Source: an uncultured Acidobacteriota bacterium (GTDB lineage Bacteria; Acidobacteriota; Thermoanaerobaculia; Multivoradales; DATKCC01). From it: a DNA stretch of 64,000 bases. The stretch lies in the NCBI GenBank assembly GCA_963837945.1, contig CAWIQD010000026.1, positions 151,754 through 215,753 on the forward strand, in the 5' to 3' direction. The notes below the pieces were generated by a model. That model was not told where the DNA came from and did no database searches. It was given only the letters and a program-made list of their open reading frames with translations. The translations under genes and the position numbers were made by a program. This document shows positions 18,405 through 29,021 of the stretch, in pieces. Position 1 is the first letter of the stretch. Every line of letters starts with the position of its first letter.

Positions 18405-19306
18405 GATCCGCCGGGTCGCGGGGGGCGAGGCATCTCGGTGCCCGGCCGCTGGTGGGGGCGCTTCTGTGCCTGCCGCTCGGTCTCTTCCTGCTCGCGGCCT
18501 TCGTGGTGCCGCTCGCCGGGCTCCTGCCCGACAGCCTGCACGCCACCCCGGGGATCCTGGGGCGGCCGGCGAGCGCGGCGGGAGCCGGCGCGGCGGCGGG
18601 TCTCGGCAACTATGCCCGGGCGCTCGCCGCGGCGGGCGAGCTCGCCGCCTTCCGCAACAGCCTGGTCCTCTCGCTGTCGGTGGCCGCGGCTTCGATCGTG
18701 CTCTGCCTGCCGCCGGCCTGGATGCTCGCCCGCCACCGCTTCCCCGGCAGAGCGGCCCTGCGCACCGTGCTCGCCCTGCCGCTCACCTTCTCCGGGGTGA
18801 TCGTCGGGTTCCTCGCGATCCTGGTCCTCGGGCGCCTCGGGCTGCTGCCGGCGGTGCTTCGGGTGCTCACCGGCCGGCCGCTCCTCGCCGGCAGCGCCTA
18901 CACCCTGGGCGGGCTGGTGGCGGCCTACGTCTACTTCGAGGTGCCGCGCGCCACGCTGACCCTCGAGGCCGCCTTCGGGCGCCTCGACCCGGACCAGGAG
19001 CGCGCCGCCGCCACCCTCGGGGCGAGCTGGCTCGAGCGGCTCTTGCGGATCACCCTGCCGCAGCTCTGGCCGGCCCTGGTCTCCACCCTGGCGGTGACCT
19101 TCGCCGCCTCGATGGGCTCGTTCGGGGTGGCCCTGATCCTGGCCCGCAAGCTCGAGCTCGTGCCGCTCGCGATCTACACCGAGTACACCGGCTTCCTGGA
19201 CTTGGGGTACGCCGCGGCGCTCTGCCTGCTGCTCGCCGGCGCCACGCTGGCGGCGGCCGGCCTGCTGCGCTGGCTGACCCGCGGCGAGGAGTGGATCTAC
19301 GGATGA
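18401..19306 (+). CDS. ABC transporter permease (first of two)
   Basis: GTG 18401 overlaps SBP stop (GTGA). Multi-TM, permease EAA-like loop region. Confidence 0.75.
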   Translation: MRSAGSRGARHLGARPLVGALLCLPLGLFLLAAFVVPLAGLLPDSLHATPGILGRPASAAGAGAAAGLGNYARALAAAGELAAFRNSLVLSLSVAAASIVLCLPPAWMLARHRFPGRAALRTVLALPLTFSGVIVGFLAILVLGRLGLLPAVLRVLTGRPLLAGSAYTLGGLVAAYVYFEVPRATLTLEAAFGRLDPDQERAAATLGASWLERLLRITLPQLWPALVSTLAVTFAASMGSFGVALILARKLELVPLAIYTEYTGFLDLGYAAALCLLLAGATLAAAGLLRWLTRGEEWIYG

Positions 19307-20136
19307 GGGGCCGGCCGAGCGCAGGCGGGCGCGCGGGCCGGCGCCTGGGAGTGGCCTACTGCTGGGCCCTCGGAGCGCTGGTGCTCCTGCCCGTGGCGGT
19401 GGTGGTCGCCGGCGCCTTCCTGCCCGCCGCCCGGCTGGGCATGGCGAGCGAGGGCTGGGTGCGGGGGCGCGAGGCGGCGGTGTCGCTCAAGTGGTTCGCC
19501 TACGTGCTCCATCTCTACGGGGGATCGCTCCTCTACTCGGCGGCGCTCGCGGCCGTGGCGGTGAGCGCCGGCCTGGCGCTCTGCCTGCCCGCGGCCTACG
19601 GCCTGGTGCGGCACCCGTTCCCGGGCGCCAAGCTCCTGGAGGAGCTGGCGCTCCTACCGCTCGCCGTGCCCGGGATCGCGGTGGCGATCGCGCTCATCGA
19701 GACCTACGCCCTGGTGCGCGGCGCCTGGTGGTTCGTGGCGGTGGGCCACCTCCTCTACACCGTGCCTCTGCTGCTGCGCACCCTGCTCCACGCACTCCGC
19801 GGCGAGGCCTTCGACGAGGAACGCGCGGCGGCCACCCTGGGCGCCGGCCCGCTCGCTCGCTTCGCCCGGATCACCTGGCCGCGGCTGCGCCGGCCGGCGA
19901 GCCTGGGAGCGCTGATCGTGGCGGCGGTCTCCTGGGGCGAGTTCAACGCCAGCTTCCTCCTCGCGACGCCGCTCCACCAGCCCTACCCGGCGGCGCTGTT
20001 CGCGACCTACACCTCGAACAGCTTCGCGGTCTCCTCGGCCGCGACCACGCTCTTTTTGGCTGGCATCCTGCCGCTGCTCGTCGCCATCGAGCGGCTGGGC
20101 CGGAGCGAGCTGATCGCCGTCAGGCAGGGGGCGTGA
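19303..20136 (+). CDS. ABC transporter permease (second)
   Basis: ATG 19303 overlaps upstream stop (ATGA). 277 aa, 6 TM. Confidence 0.75.
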   Translation: MRGRPSAGGRAGRRLGVAYCWALGALVLLPVAVVVAGAFLPAARLGMASEGWVRGREAAVSLKWFAYVLHLYGGSLLYSAALAAVAVSAGLALCLPAAYGLVRHPFPGAKLLEELALLPLAVPGIAVAIALIETYALVRGAWWFVAVGHLLYTVPLLLRTLLHALRGEAFDEERAAATLGAGPLARFARITWPRLRRPASLGALIVAAVSWGEFNASFLLATPLHQPYPAALFATYTSNSFAVSSAATTLFLAGILPLLVAIERLGRSELIAVRQGA

Positions 20137-21419
20137 GCGCCGTGGCGGAGCGTACGCGGCGGGGAGGCGAGGCCGGGCGAGGCGTGGCGATCGCCATCGA
20201 GCGGGTGAGCTTCGCCTACGGCGGCCGGCAACGGGACGGAGTCGTGTCCGGCCGCCTCCCGCCGGCCGGGCTCTCCGAGCTCACCCTGGAGGCCCCGGCC
20301 GGAGAGGTCACCACCGTCCTCGGCCCTTCGGGCGCCGGCAAGTCGACGCTGCTCGCGATCGTCGCCGGCCTGCTCGCGCCGCAGTCGGGAGACGTCCGCT
20401 TCGACGGCCGCTCGGTGCGCGGCGTGCCGCCCGAGCGCCGGCGCCTGGGGGTGGTCTTCCAGAGCTACGCCCTCTTCGCCCACATGACGGTCGAGGACAA
20501 CGTGGCCTTCCCCCTGCGGGTGACGCGCGGCGGCGCCGGCCGGCGCGGCGAGCGCCCGGCCACCGGCAGGCTGGGCCGGCGGGCCGCCCGCGCCCGCGTG
20601 GCGCCGCTCCTCGAGCGCTTCGAGATCGCCCCGCTCGCCGGGCGCTACCCGAGCCAGCTCTCGGGCGGCGAACGCCAGCGGGTGGCCCTCGCCCGGGCCC
20701 TCGCCTCCGAGCCCCGGGCGCTCCTGCTCGACGAGCCGCTCGCGGCCCTCGACGCCCGCCTGCGCCTGGCGCTGCGCTCCGAGCTCGCCCGGCGCCTCGC
20801 CGAGTCCGGAGTGACCACCCTCTACGTGACCCATGACCAGGAGGAGGCGATGGCCCTGGGCGACCGGGTGGCGGTGCTGCGCGACGGCCGGCTCGAGCAG
20901 GTCGGCACCCCCGAGGCCCTCTACCGCCGGCCCGCCACGCCCTTCGTCGCCTCGTTCATCGGCGAGGCGAACTTCCTGCCGGTCACCTGGGACCGGCGGC
21001 AGGGCACCCTCTCCGGCCCGTTGGGACGCTGGTCGCCGGACGGGGTGGACGCGAGCGGCCTCGGCGCGACCAACGGCTCCGCCCCGGGACGGCTGATGGT
21101 GCGGCCCGAGGACCTCGCCCCCGCGGCTCCCGAGGTCGCCCACCTGCTGGCCGAGGTGGTCAGCTCGACCTTCCTCGGCGGGCGCCGGCGCCTCACCGTC
21201 GTGGCGCACGCCTGCCATGAGCAACGCCGCGCCGGGGACGGCGCCGGCCTGGAGCTCCAGGTCGACCTGCCGGCGGCGCTCGCCGCCCGCCCGGGCGAGA
21301 TCGTGCCCCTGGCGATCGACTTCCGCCGCGCCGTGCTGCTGCCCTCGGAGCCGGTGATCCCATCGAAGAGTGCCGCCGCGGCCGCCGAGCGCGCACCGGC
21401 GCGAGAGGAGACCCCATGA
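20133..21419 (+). CDS. ABC transporter ATP-binding protein with C-terminal TOBE-like domain
   Basis: Walker A GPSGAGKST, signature LSGGERQRVALARAL, Walker B LLLDEP, H-loop. GTG start overlaps permease stop. Has a ~20-aa Arg/Gly-rich insertion after AFPLRV. Confidence 0.85.
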   Translation: MSAVAERTRRGGEAGRGVAIAIERVSFAYGGRQRDGVVSGRLPPAGLSELTLEAPAGEVTTVLGPSGAGKSTLLAIVAGLLAPQSGDVRFDGRSVRGVPPERRRLGVVFQSYALFAHMTVEDNVAFPLRVTRGGAGRRGERPATGRLGRRAARARVAPLLERFEIAPLAGRYPSQLSGGERQRVALARALASEPRALLLDEPLAALDARLRLALRSELARRLAESGVTTLYVTHDQEEAMALGDRVAVLRDGRLEQVGTPEALYRRPATPFVASFIGEANFLPVTWDRRQGTLSGPLGRWSPDGVDASGLGATNGSAPGRLMVRPEDLAPAAPEVAHLLAEVVSSTFLGGRRRLTVVAHACHEQRRAGDGAGLELQVDLPAALAARPGEIVPLAIDFRRAVLLPSEPVIPSKSAAAAAERAPAREETP

Positions 21420-22378
21420 GCGAGCCCAGCCACCAGCCCCGAACGTCCCCGCTCGATCCCGCCGGCACGCCCGGCCCCGGCGGCCCGGATTCCGCCCCAG
21501 GCTCCGGCCCAGATTCCGGTGGACCCCCGCGGGTCGCGCTCGAGTCGCTCGACACCCTCTGGTTCCAGGTCGCGGGCACGGTATGCAACCTCGCCTGCAC
21601 CCACTGCTTCGTGTCGTGCTCGCCGACCAACCACACCCACGACTACCTGAGCCTCGAGACGGTTCGCCGCTACCTCGCGGAGGCCGAGGAGCTGGGCGTC
21701 AAGGAGTACTACTTCACGGGCGGCGAGAGCTTCCTCAACCCGGAGATGGAGGCGATCCTCGAGGCCTCGCTCGGCGCCGGCCCGACGACCGTGCTGACCA
21801 ACGGCGTGCTGCTCGACGAGGAGCGCTGCCGGCGGCTGGCCGCGATCTCGGCCGCCTCGCCCTACTCCCTCGACGTGCGGGTCTCGCTCGACGGCTTCAC
21901 CGCCGAGGCGAACGACGCGATCCGGGGCGAGGGCGTCTTCGCGCGGGCGATGGCGGGCATTCGCAACCTGGTGGCGGCGGGCCTGAATCCGGTGCTCACG
22001 GTGACCGAGGTGCACCAGGAGAACGCTTCGGACGAAGGCAAGGCGCGGTTCTTCGAGCTGCTCCGGGGGCTCGGGATCGGCAAGCCGCGGCTCAAGGTGC
22101 TGCCGATCTTCCAGATCGGCGCCGAGGCCGAGCGCGGCGGCGCCTACGAGACCTGGCAGCGCCTCTCCGCGGGCGACGTGCCCGACGGCTCGTGGGACCA
22201 CCTCCAGTGCTCGAGCTGCCGGATGGTGACCGACCAGGGCGTGTGGGTGTGCCCGATCCTGGTCAACGAGCCCGAGGGGCGGATGGGCGAGACGCTCGCC
22301 GACTCGCTCACCACGTACCCGCTCGCCCACCCGGCGTGCTGGACCTGCCACGTCTACGGAGTGTCATGCCGAACCTGA
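21416..22378 (+). CDS. Radical SAM protein with C-terminal Cys-rich domain (rSAM/Cys-rich family, ArsS-like architecture)
   Basis: N-terminal CxxxCxxC (CNLACTHC). C-terminal cluster CSSC...C...CWTC...C. ATG overlaps ATPase stop (ATGA), so co-transcribed with the ABC importer. Confidence 0.8.
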   Translation: MSEPSHQPRTSPLDPAGTPGPGGPDSAPGSGPDSGGPPRVALESLDTLWFQVAGTVCNLACTHCFVSCSPTNHTHDYLSLETVRRYLAEAEELGVKEYYFTGGESFLNPEMEAILEASLGAGPTTVLTNGVLLDEERCRRLAAISAASPYSLDVRVSLDGFTAEANDAIRGEGVFARAMAGIRNLVAAGLNPVLTVTEVHQENASDEGKARFFELLRGLGIGKPRLKVLPIFQIGAEAERGGAYETWQRLSAGDVPDGSWDHLQCSSCRMVTDQGVWVCPILVNEPEGRMGETLADSLTTYPLAHPACWTCHVYGVSCRT

Positions 22379-22424
22379 CGGCCGCGCTCCGTCTCGGCCG
22401 GCGGCTCGCGCGGAGGGACCGACC

Positions 22425-23480
22425 ATGAGCCAACGACCGCCGCAGTCGCGTGAGGAGGGGCAGCGCGCGCGCCTCGCCGAGCAGCGCCGGATCGCTCGCG
22501 AGAAGCTGACCGCCCACCGCGGGATGGCGACCTGGGGGGAGAAGCTCGTCCCCCTGGGAGAGTTCCGCAAGGCCGCGGGCGCGGTCGGGCGCCGGCTCTC
22601 GGAGGACGAGCGCCGGGCCGAGCGCCGCGCCTTCGCCTCGTCCCGGCCGGCCGCGCCCGACCCGACGCCGATCGAGGGGCCCTACGGCAGGATCGCGGTC
22701 TTCGGCGGCGTCTACTCGAACCACCTGGCGCTCGCCGCCCTGCTCGAGGACGCCCGGCGCCGGGGCGCCGAGGCGATCTACTGCCTGGGCGACCTGGGCG
22801 CCTTCGGGCCGCACCCGGAGAAGGTGCGCCCGCTGCTTGCGGACGGCGGCGTCCGCTCGATCCAGGGCAACTACGAGGAGTCGCTCGCCACCGACGCCCC
22901 CGACTGCAACTGCGGCTACACCGATCCGCGGGACAACCACTTCGCCGATCTCTCCTACCGCTACACCGAGGAGAACACCTCCGACGACTTCAAGGCCTGG
23001 ATGGGGCGGCTGCCGCGCCGGCGCCGGGTGCGCCTCGGCGAGCGCCAGCTCCTCCTGGTCCACGGCTCGCCGCGGCGAATCAACGAGTTCCTCTTCGCCT
23101 CGGCGACGCCGGACGCCTTCCTCGAGGTGCTGCTCGACCAGGAGGGGGCCGACGGTCTGCTGGTCACCCACACCGGGCTCCACTGGCACCGGCGCCTGCC
23201 CTCGGGGCGCGACGCGGTGAACGTCGGGGTGATCGGCCGGCCGGCCAACGACGGGCGGACCGAGGTCTGGTACGCACTGCTCGACGCCCCGGACGGCGGC
23301 GGCCGCGACGGCGCGCCGCGCGTGGATCTGGTGCCGCTCGCCTACGACTGGCGCGCCCTCGCCGCCGAGATGCGCGCCGAGCGCCTGCCGGAGGAGTTCG
23401 TCACGACCCTCGAGACCGGCTGGTGGACCACCTGCCTCGAGGTCCTGCCCGCCAAGGAGCGGTCCGCGTCCAGGTTCTAG
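22425..23480 (+). CDS. Metallophosphoesterase (calcineurin-like phosphoesterase family) with ~80-aa N-terminal extension
   Basis: Motifs IAVFGGVYSNH, CLGDLGAFGP, GNYE, LVHGSP, THTG typical of MPE fold. Confidence 0.75.
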   Translation: MSQRPPQSREEGQRARLAEQRRIAREKLTAHRGMATWGEKLVPLGEFRKAAGAVGRRLSEDERRAERRAFASSRPAAPDPTPIEGPYGRIAVFGGVYSNHLALAALLEDARRRGAEAIYCLGDLGAFGPHPEKVRPLLADGGVRSIQGNYEESLATDAPDCNCGYTDPRDNHFADLSYRYTEENTSDDFKAWMGRLPRRRRVRLGERQLLLVHGSPRRINEFLFASATPDAFLEVLLDQEGADGLLVTHTGLHWHRRLPSGRDAVNVGVIGRPANDGRTEVWYALLDAPDGGGRDGAPRVDLVPLAYDWRALAAEMRAERLPEEFVTTLETGWWTTCLEVLPAKERSASRF

Positions 23481-23505
23481 GGCCGGGCGATAGACTCGCC
23501 CGCGC

Positions 23506-24571
23506 CATGGAGTACACCGCCCGCAAGAGCTTCGCCCACGACCAGGTGCCCGGCGTCGGGGTGTTGGTGGTCAACCTCGGGACGCCGGAGGCGCCGACGG
23601 CGAAGGCCCTGCGCCCCTACCTGCGGGAGTTCCTCTCCGACCCGCGGGTGATCGAGCTGCCGCGCTGGAAGTGGTGGCCGATCCTCAACCTGTTCGTGCT
23701 CACCCGCCGGCCGAAGACGTCCGCCCACCTCTACGAGACGGTCTGGACCGAGGGGGGCTCGCCGCTCGCCCTCTCGACCGAGCGCCAGGCGGCCGGGCTG
23801 GCCGAGATCCTGGGCCGCGAGGTGGGGCCGCCGGTCCACGTGCGGGCGGGCATGAGCTACGGCGAGCCGTCGGTGGGGCGCGCCCTCCGCGAGCTGCGCG
23901 AGGCCGGGTCCACCCGCCTCCTGGTGCTCCCGATGTATCCCCAGTACTCGGGCACCACCGTCGGCTCGGTGTTCGACGCGGTGGCCCGCGAGCTCACCTC
24001 CTGGCGAGTGGTGCCCGAGCTCCGGACGATCCACGGCTGGCACGACGAGCCGGGCTACGTCGGCGCGCTCGCCGCCTCGATCCGGGAGCTCTGGGAGCGG
24101 CCCGGCGCGGGCGGCGCCCCCGAGAAGCTGCTGTTCTCCTTCCACGGGATTCCGCAGCGCTACTTCGAGGGCGGCGATCCCTACCCGTGCCTGTGCCGCA
24201 AGACCGCGCGGCTGGTGGCGGGGGAGCTGGGGCTGGCCGACGACCGGTGGATCGTGGCCTTCCAATCCCTGTTCGGGCGCGAGGAGTGGATCAAGCCGTA
24301 CACGGCGGACACGGTCGCCGCGCTGGGACGCGCCGGGGTCGCGAGCCTGGACGTCGTGTGCCCCGGGTTCTCGTCGGACTGCCTGGAGACGCTCGAGGAG
24401 ATCGACGTCCAGAACCGCCGGTTCTTCACCGAGGCGGGCGGCGGGCGGTTCCGCTACGTCCCGGCCCTCAACGACCGGCCGGACCACCTGCGCTTCCTGG
24501 CCGACCTGGTGGCGCGCCACCTGACGGGCTGGGTGGAGCCGGCTTCCGGCCCCACACCGGCTCGGGCGTGA
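23506..24571 (+). CDS. hemH: Ferrochelatase
   Basis: Trimmed to ATG 23506 (MEYTARKSF...VGVLVVNLGTPEAPT). Family motifs throughout. C-terminal region CPGFSSDCLETLEEI. Confidence 0.9.
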
Positions 24572-24899
24572 TCTCCGGCTCGGGCGCAGGGCCCGGATCG
24601 CTCCAGCCCTGCTCCGAGACCAGCATCACCGGGCGCACCGTCATGTCCCGGTCGACCAGGATCTGGCACGACAGGCGCACGCCGTCCAGCCCGCGCTCCT
24701 CGAGGCGCAGGCCCTCGGCCTCGGTCATCTTCTCGGGCTCGCCGGCCACGAGCTCGACCCGGCAGGTCGTGCACCGGGCCCAGCCGCCGCAGCGGTGGCC
24801 GATGTCGACGCCGGCGCCCTCGATGGCGTGGACGAGCCGGGTGCCGGCGGCGACCTCGGTGCGGATCTCTCCTTCGTGGAGGATGGTCACGATCGGCAT
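24468..24899 (-). CDS. 2Fe-2S ferredoxin (plant/adrenodoxin-type) with Pro-rich C-terminal tail
   Basis: ATG 24899 (MPIVTILHEGE..). Cys ligands C-x-C..CxxC and a distal C (HRCGGWARCTTC...SCQI). Tail overlaps hemH 3' end by ~100 bp. Confidence 0.7.
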   Translation of the reverse strand: MPIVTILHEGEIRTEVAAGTRLVHAIEGAGVDIGHRCGGWARCTTCRVELVAGEPEKMTEAEGLRLEERGLDGVRLSCQILVDRDMTVRPVMLVSEQGWSDPGPAPEPEITPEPVWGRKPAPPSPSGGAPPGRPGSAGGPAGR

Positions 24900-24996
24900 G
24901 GTGGTCTCGAAGGGTAGCAGACCCGCCGGCACGGCGTAGAATGCCGGCTCCGGTTCCGGGTCTCCCGCCCGGAACCCTCTCCCCCGACACGCGCCC

Positions 24997-26535
24997 GTGG
25001 AAGCCGGACCCCGCCGCAAGCTGGTCACTGCCTCGGTCCTCCTGGGCCTCTTCCTGGGCGCCATCGAGGCCACGGCGGTCGCCGCCGCCATGCCGACCGT
25101 GGTCGGCGAGCTGGGCGGCGTGGCGCACTACAGCTGGGTCTTCTCCGCCTACCTGGTGGCGACCACGGTCACCGTCCCGCTCTACGGCAAGCTCTCGGAC
25201 CGCCACGGCCGGCGCCTGATCTACGCCGTCGCCGTCGGCCTCTTCTGCCTCGGCTCCGCGCTCTCGGGCGCCGCCCGGACCCTGCCCCAGCTGATCGCCT
25301 TTCGCGCCCTCCAGGGGCTGGGCGCGGGCGGAGTGTTCCCGGTGGCGGTCACCGTCATCGGCGACATCTTCAACCTCGAGGAGCGGGCGCGGATGCAAGG
25401 GGTGTTCTCCGGGGTCTGGGGGCTCGCGAGCCTGATCGGCCCCGCCTTGGGCGGGGTCATCACCCAGCTCCTGTCCTGGCGCTGGGTCTTCTACCTGAAC
25501 GTCCCGCCGGGCATCGCCTCGGCGATCATCCTGGCGGCCTATCTCGAGGAGCGCCCCGAGCCGCGCGAGCACCGGCTCGACCTGCTGGGCATCGGGGCGC
25601 TGGTGTTCTCGGTGTCCGCCCTTCTCTTCAGCCTGCTCGAGGGCGCCCACCTGTGGGGCTGGGGCGATCCGAGGAACGTCGGCCTGCTCGCCGCGGCGGT
25701 GGCGGCAGCCGCCGTCTTCGTCCGCCAGGAGCGCCGCGCCGCCGAGCCGATGCTGCCGGTCGAGCTGCTGCGCAGCCGCCTGGTCGCCCTGGCCGCCGCG
25801 GAGAGCGCCGCGCTCGGTGCGATCATCTTCACCGCCTCGGCGTACGTCCCGATGTACGGCCAGGGGGTCCTCCTCGGCACGGCGATCGACGCGGGGCTCC
25901 TGCTGGCGCCGATCTCGGTCGGCTGGCCGCTCGCGAGCGCGCTCGCCGGACGGCTCCTGCTGAGGACCGGCTACCGGCGCCTGATGGTGGTGGGAGGCGT
26001 CCTGGCGGTGGCGGGAGGCTTGGTGCTCGCGACGGTCGGGCCGGGCGCCGGGAGGGCGCACCTCATGGTCGCGATGCTGGTGCTGGGTTGCGGTATGGGG
26101 CTCGTCAACACCCCCCAGCTGGTCGCGGTCCAGACCGCCGTGCCGTGGCGCCAGCGCGGGGTGGCGACCAGCGGCCTCCAGTTCTTCCGGACGATCTCGG
26201 GTGCGGTGGCGGTGGCGGTCTTCGGCCTGATCCTCAACCATCGGCTGGCCGCCGCCGCCGCGCGCTCGGCCCTCGACGTCGCGAGCGCCGACACCCTGCT
26301 CGACCCGGCGCTGCGCAAGAGCGTCTCGCCGGAGACCCTGGCCGCCCTCTCGGACGCCCTCTACCACGGCCTCTATCCGGTCTTCGTGGGGATCGCGATC
26401 CTCGCCGTCGCCCTGCTCGTGGCCGCCCTCGCCTTCCCGCCCGGCTCGGCCCGCTCGCTCTCCCACCCCGAGGAGGGGGGAGGGACGCCCTCGTCCGAAG
26501 AGGGCGAGCGGCCGCACGGTACGATCACCGAATGA
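24997..26535 (+). CDS. MFS transporter (14-TM drug:H+ antiporter EmrB/QacA-like)
   Basis: 512 aa, MFS motifs ([10 protein letters not shown]), 14 hydrophobic segments. Confidence 0.85.
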   Translation: MEAGPRRKLVTASVLLGLFLGAIEATAVAAAMPTVVGELGGVAHYSWVFSAYLVATTVTVPLYGKLSDRHGRRLIYAVAVGLFCLGSALSGAARTLPQLIAFRALQGLGAGGVFPVAVTVIGDIFNLEERARMQGVFSGVWGLASLIGPALGGVITQLLSWRWVFYLNVPPGIASAIILAAYLEERPEPREHRLDLLGIGALVFSVSALLFSLLEGAHLWGWGDPRNVGLLAAAVAAAAVFVRQERRAAEPMLPVELLRSRLVALAAAESAALGAIIFTASAYVPMYGQGVLLGTAIDAGLLLAPISVGWPLASALAGRLLLRTGYRRLMVVGGVLAVAGGLVLATVGPGAGRAHLMVAMLVLGCGMGLVNTPQLVAVQTAVPWRQRGVATSGLQFFRTISGAVAVAVFGLILNHRLAAAAARSALDVASADTLLDPALRKSVSPETLAALSDALYHGLYPVFVGIAILAVALLVAALAFPPGSARSLSHPEEGGGTPSSEEGERPHGTITE

Positions 26536-28524
26536 CCTCGCCCTTCCAGGCCACGCTTCTCGGGATCGCCCTGGCGGCCTCGGGAGCGGTGGCGGCGGCG
26601 CCATCGGCCCCGGCGCCGCCGGACGCCGCGCCCGGGGCCGAGCGGCCGGCAGCGCCCGCGACCAACCGGCTGGCCGGGGAGTCGAGCCCCTACCTGCTGC
26701 TCCACGCCGGCAACCCGGTCGACTGGTATCCCTGGGGGCCGGAGGCGATCGAGACCGCCCGGCGCGAAGGCAAGCCGATCTTCCTCTCGATCGGCTACTT
26801 CAGCTGCTACTGGTGCCACGTCATGGAGCGCCAGGTCTTCTCCGACCCGGCGATCGCGGCGCTCATGAACCGCTGGTTCGTCAACGTCAAGGTCGACCGG
26901 GAAGAGCGGCCGGACCTGGACGAGATCTACTTGACCGCCACCCGGATGCTCACCGGCGAGGGCGGCTGGCCGAACTCGGTCTTCCTCACCCCGGACCTCG
27001 AGCCCTTCTTCGCCGGCAGCACCTTCCCGCCGGCCGACACGCCGGACCGCACCGGCTTTCCCACCGTGCTGCGCCAGATCCACGAGGCGTGGACCGGGCG
27101 GCGGGAGGAGGTCGAGCGGGTGGCCTCCCAAGTGGCGGGCGGGATGGAGCGGGCGATCGCCCGGCAGCGGGAGCCGACCGCCGACGTGCCGCCGGCGGCC
27201 GCCGCCCGGCGCGCGGTGACCGAGCTCGAGGGCCGCTTCGACGCCGAGTGGGGCGGCTTCGGCCCGGCGCCCAAGTTTCCCGACGCCGGCAGCCTCGCCC
27301 TGCTCGAGGAGGCGGCCCGCGGTGGCGACGAGACCGCCGGCAGGGAGCTCGGGACGACCCTCGAGCGCATGGGCGAAGGCGCGATCTACGACCAGCTCGG
27401 GGGCGGCTTCCACCGCTACGCCCTCGACGCGCGCTGGCGGGTGCCCCACTTCGAGAAGACGCTCTACGACAACGGTCTCCTGGCCGGCGCGCTGGCCGAG
27501 GCCTACGAGCGGACCGCCGACCCCGAGCTCGCGCGCCTGGGCCGGGGGACGGCCGAGTTCCTACTCCGCGCGATGGCGCTTCCCGGCGGCGGCTTCGCCT
27601 CGGCGATCGACGCCGAGACCGACGGCGTGGAGGGCGCCTACTACGCCTGGACCGTTCCCGAGCTCGAGGCGGCCCTCGGCGCGGAGGGCTTCGCCCGGCT
27701 CGCTCCGGTCTACGGCTTCGGCGACCCCCCGAACCTGGACCGCGGCCGGCGGACCCTCTACCTGAGCGCGCCCCTCGCGGAGCGGGCACGCCACCTCGGG
27801 ATCTCCCGCGAGGCGCTCCTCGCCCGGCTCGAGCCCCACTTGGCGGCGCTGCGCTCGGTCCGCGAGAAGCGGCCGTCGCCGGCGATCGACGACAAGGTGC
27901 TCGCCGACTGGAACGGCCTGGCGATCGGCGGGCTCGCCCGGGCGGGGCAAGCGTTCGGGGAGCCGCGCTACCTGGAGGCCGCCCGGCGAGCCGCGCTCTT
28001 CGTGCTCGGCGAGCTCCGGGGCGCGACCGGAGCCGCCGGCAAGACCCCGGGCCCCCTCCTCCACGCCTGGCGGGGCGGCGAGGCGAAGATCCCCGCCTTC
28101 CTGGACGACTATGCCTTCTTGATCGACGGGCTCCTGGCGCTCCAGGACGCGACCGGCGAGGCCCGCTGGCTCGCCCGGGCGCGCGAGCTCGCCGACGAGC
28201 TCGAGACCCGCCTGCGCGATCCGGCGGGTGGCTACTTCCTCGCCGCACCCCGGCCGCACCTGCTGTTTCAGCCCAAGAGTGCCGTCGACGGAGCCCTGCC
28301 CTCGGGCAACGGGACGGCGGCGCTCGACCTCCTCGAGCTCGCCCAGAGGACCGGGGAGGCCGAGTACCGCCGGCGCGCCGAGGCGGTGCTCCGCGCCTTC
28401 GGCCGCGACCTGGTGGCTTACCCCGCGGCGGTCGCCACCCTGGCGCGGGCCCGGCTGCGCGCGGAGGAGCCCGCGAAGCCCGTCCGGCCGGCCGCCACCG
28501 GGCCCTCGCGGCGCCCGGCGGTAA
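26532..28524 (+). CDS. Thioredoxin-domain protein of DUF255/YyaL family (N-terminal Trx-like + alpha/alpha-toroid domain); 3' end unresolved
   Basis: ATG overlaps MFS stop (ATGA). Conserved [28 protein letters not shown] motifs. This frame has no stop until 30740. The family ends near ..ATLARARL (~28460), so a +1 indel probably diverts to the TAA at 28522. The end coordinate is an inference. Confidence 0.7.
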
Positions 28525-28548
28525 GATCGCCCGCGGAGCCGCTCACCG

Positions 28549-29010
28549 ATGCCCGAGACCCCCCTCGACTACCACGCCATGGTCCAGCGCGCCCTGCGCT
28601 CGGTGCTGCGCGCCGCCCTCGCCGAAGTGGCCGAGGAGGGCCTGCCCGAGGACCATCACTTCTTCATCGGCTTCCGGACCCGCGATGCCGGCGTGGCGGT
28701 GCCGGCGTTCCTCCGCGACCGCTACCCGGAAGAGACGACGATCGTGCTCCAGAACCAGTTCTGGGATCTCGAGGTCGACGACGAGGGCTTCTCGGTGACC
28801 CTGACCTTCGGCGGCTCGCGCGAGCCGCTCTTCGTCCCGTGGGAGGCGGTGACCACCTTCGTCGACCCGCCGGCGGAGTTCGCCCTGCGCTTCGACCTGC
28901 CCGAGGGCGGCGAGGAGGAGCCCGCCGCGGAGGCCGAGAGCACCCCGGGCTCGCCCGAAGCGACGGCCCCGGTGGTCAACCTCCGCGACTTCCGGAAGAA
29001 GGACGAGTAG
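28549..29010 (+). CDS. sspB: Stringent starvation protein B-like ClpXP adaptor
   Basis: SspB family N-terminal domain (HFFIGFRT...WEAVTTF) and acidic disordered tail ending in a basic ClpX-binding-like segment. Confidence 0.75.
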   Translation: MPETPLDYHAMVQRALRSVLRAALAEVAEEGLPEDHHFFIGFRTRDAGVAVPAFLRDRYPEETTIVLQNQFWDLEVDDEGFSVTLTFGGSREPLFVPWEAVTTFVDPPAEFALRFDLPEGGEEEPAAEAESTPGSPEATAPVVNLRDFRKKDE

Positions 29011-29021
29011 AGCCCGCCTCG

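Noticed and set aside
20520-20590. Arg/Gly-rich insertion in the ABC ATPase as another frameshift
   Set aside because: Reading frame is maintained on both sides and flanking motifs (AFPLRV...RVAPLLERF...LSGGERQRV) remain in register. Treated as a real insertion.
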